Assembly: GCA_963729895.1 (NCBI GenBank)
Contig: CAVSQB010000040.1
Location: 1-39,178 of the forward strand
DNA: 39,178 bases
Reading direction: 5' to 3'
Source of the DNA: an uncultured Fibrobacterota bacterium
Lineage (GTDB): Bacteria; Fibrobacterota; Chitinivibrionia; Chitinivibrionales; FEN-1185
Under the pieces are notes generated by a model, which was not told the DNA's origin, searched no databases, and was given only the letters and a program-made list of their open reading frames with translations. The position numbers and the translations under genes are program-made. Of the stretch, positions 39,098 through 39,178 are shown one piece after another. Numbering within the stretch: position 1 is the stretch's first letter; each line of letters opens with the position of its first letter.

Positions 39098-39178
39098 CTA
39101 AGTTCTGTAAAAACCGATATTGAAAGTCATAACGCCATTGCAAAGATAAAGCATACTCTCAAGGACATTACAAAAGAT

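Larger units (their letters stand above)
38039..39178 (+). mobile_element. Gene cassette 2 (partial, runs off the window end)
   Basis: Begins at the attC G|TT with a leader homologous to that of cassette 1. Confidence 0.6.
38228..39178 (+). pseudogene. Probable Lamassu LmuA / ABC-three-component effector with Cap4-like nuclease domain, interrupted by IS200 (partial)
   Basis: APGQLLGY..Q, EVLGDV...EEDKS (PD-(D/E)xK-like) and NPLTDRSTDLWKTFSNW, recognised from memory of this family. The frame resumes at 39098 (GLVDE-LSSVKTDIESHNAIAKIK...). Confidence 0.62.

Overview
The first 29.2 kb is GC-rich chromosome. A fibro-slime protein and T9SS-like C-terminal tails suggest a Fibrobacterota-like host (inference). 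This part holds: the end of an IS5-family element that truncates a peptidoglycan-binding gene, an extended PAAR gene, a GGDEF protein, mnmA, queF, an ECF sigma/FecR pair, a methyltransferase, a solo AbiEii-type nucleotidyltransferase, a DUF3592 protein, a three-gene secreted TPR/FN3-PKD-FGE operon, a 2217-aa fibro-slime protein and metF. From 29.3 kb there is what looks like a non-canonical integron-like gene-capture system. Its tyrosine recombinase is IntI-like but lacks the IntI-specific insertion, has a duplicated N-terminal domain, and points the same way as the cassettes. It is followed by an attI-like site at its 3' end (GTT at 30622), a two-gene AT-rich cassette whose two ends are complementary over about 45-50 nt, and a 127-bp branched attC-like hairpin (37918-38044). 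A second cassette with a homologous leader carries a probable Lamassu/ABC-3C nuclease effector. All three cassette genes are interrupted by IS elements (IS4; IS1595 with a nested IS21; IS200), and each reading frame is restored when the IS is removed.
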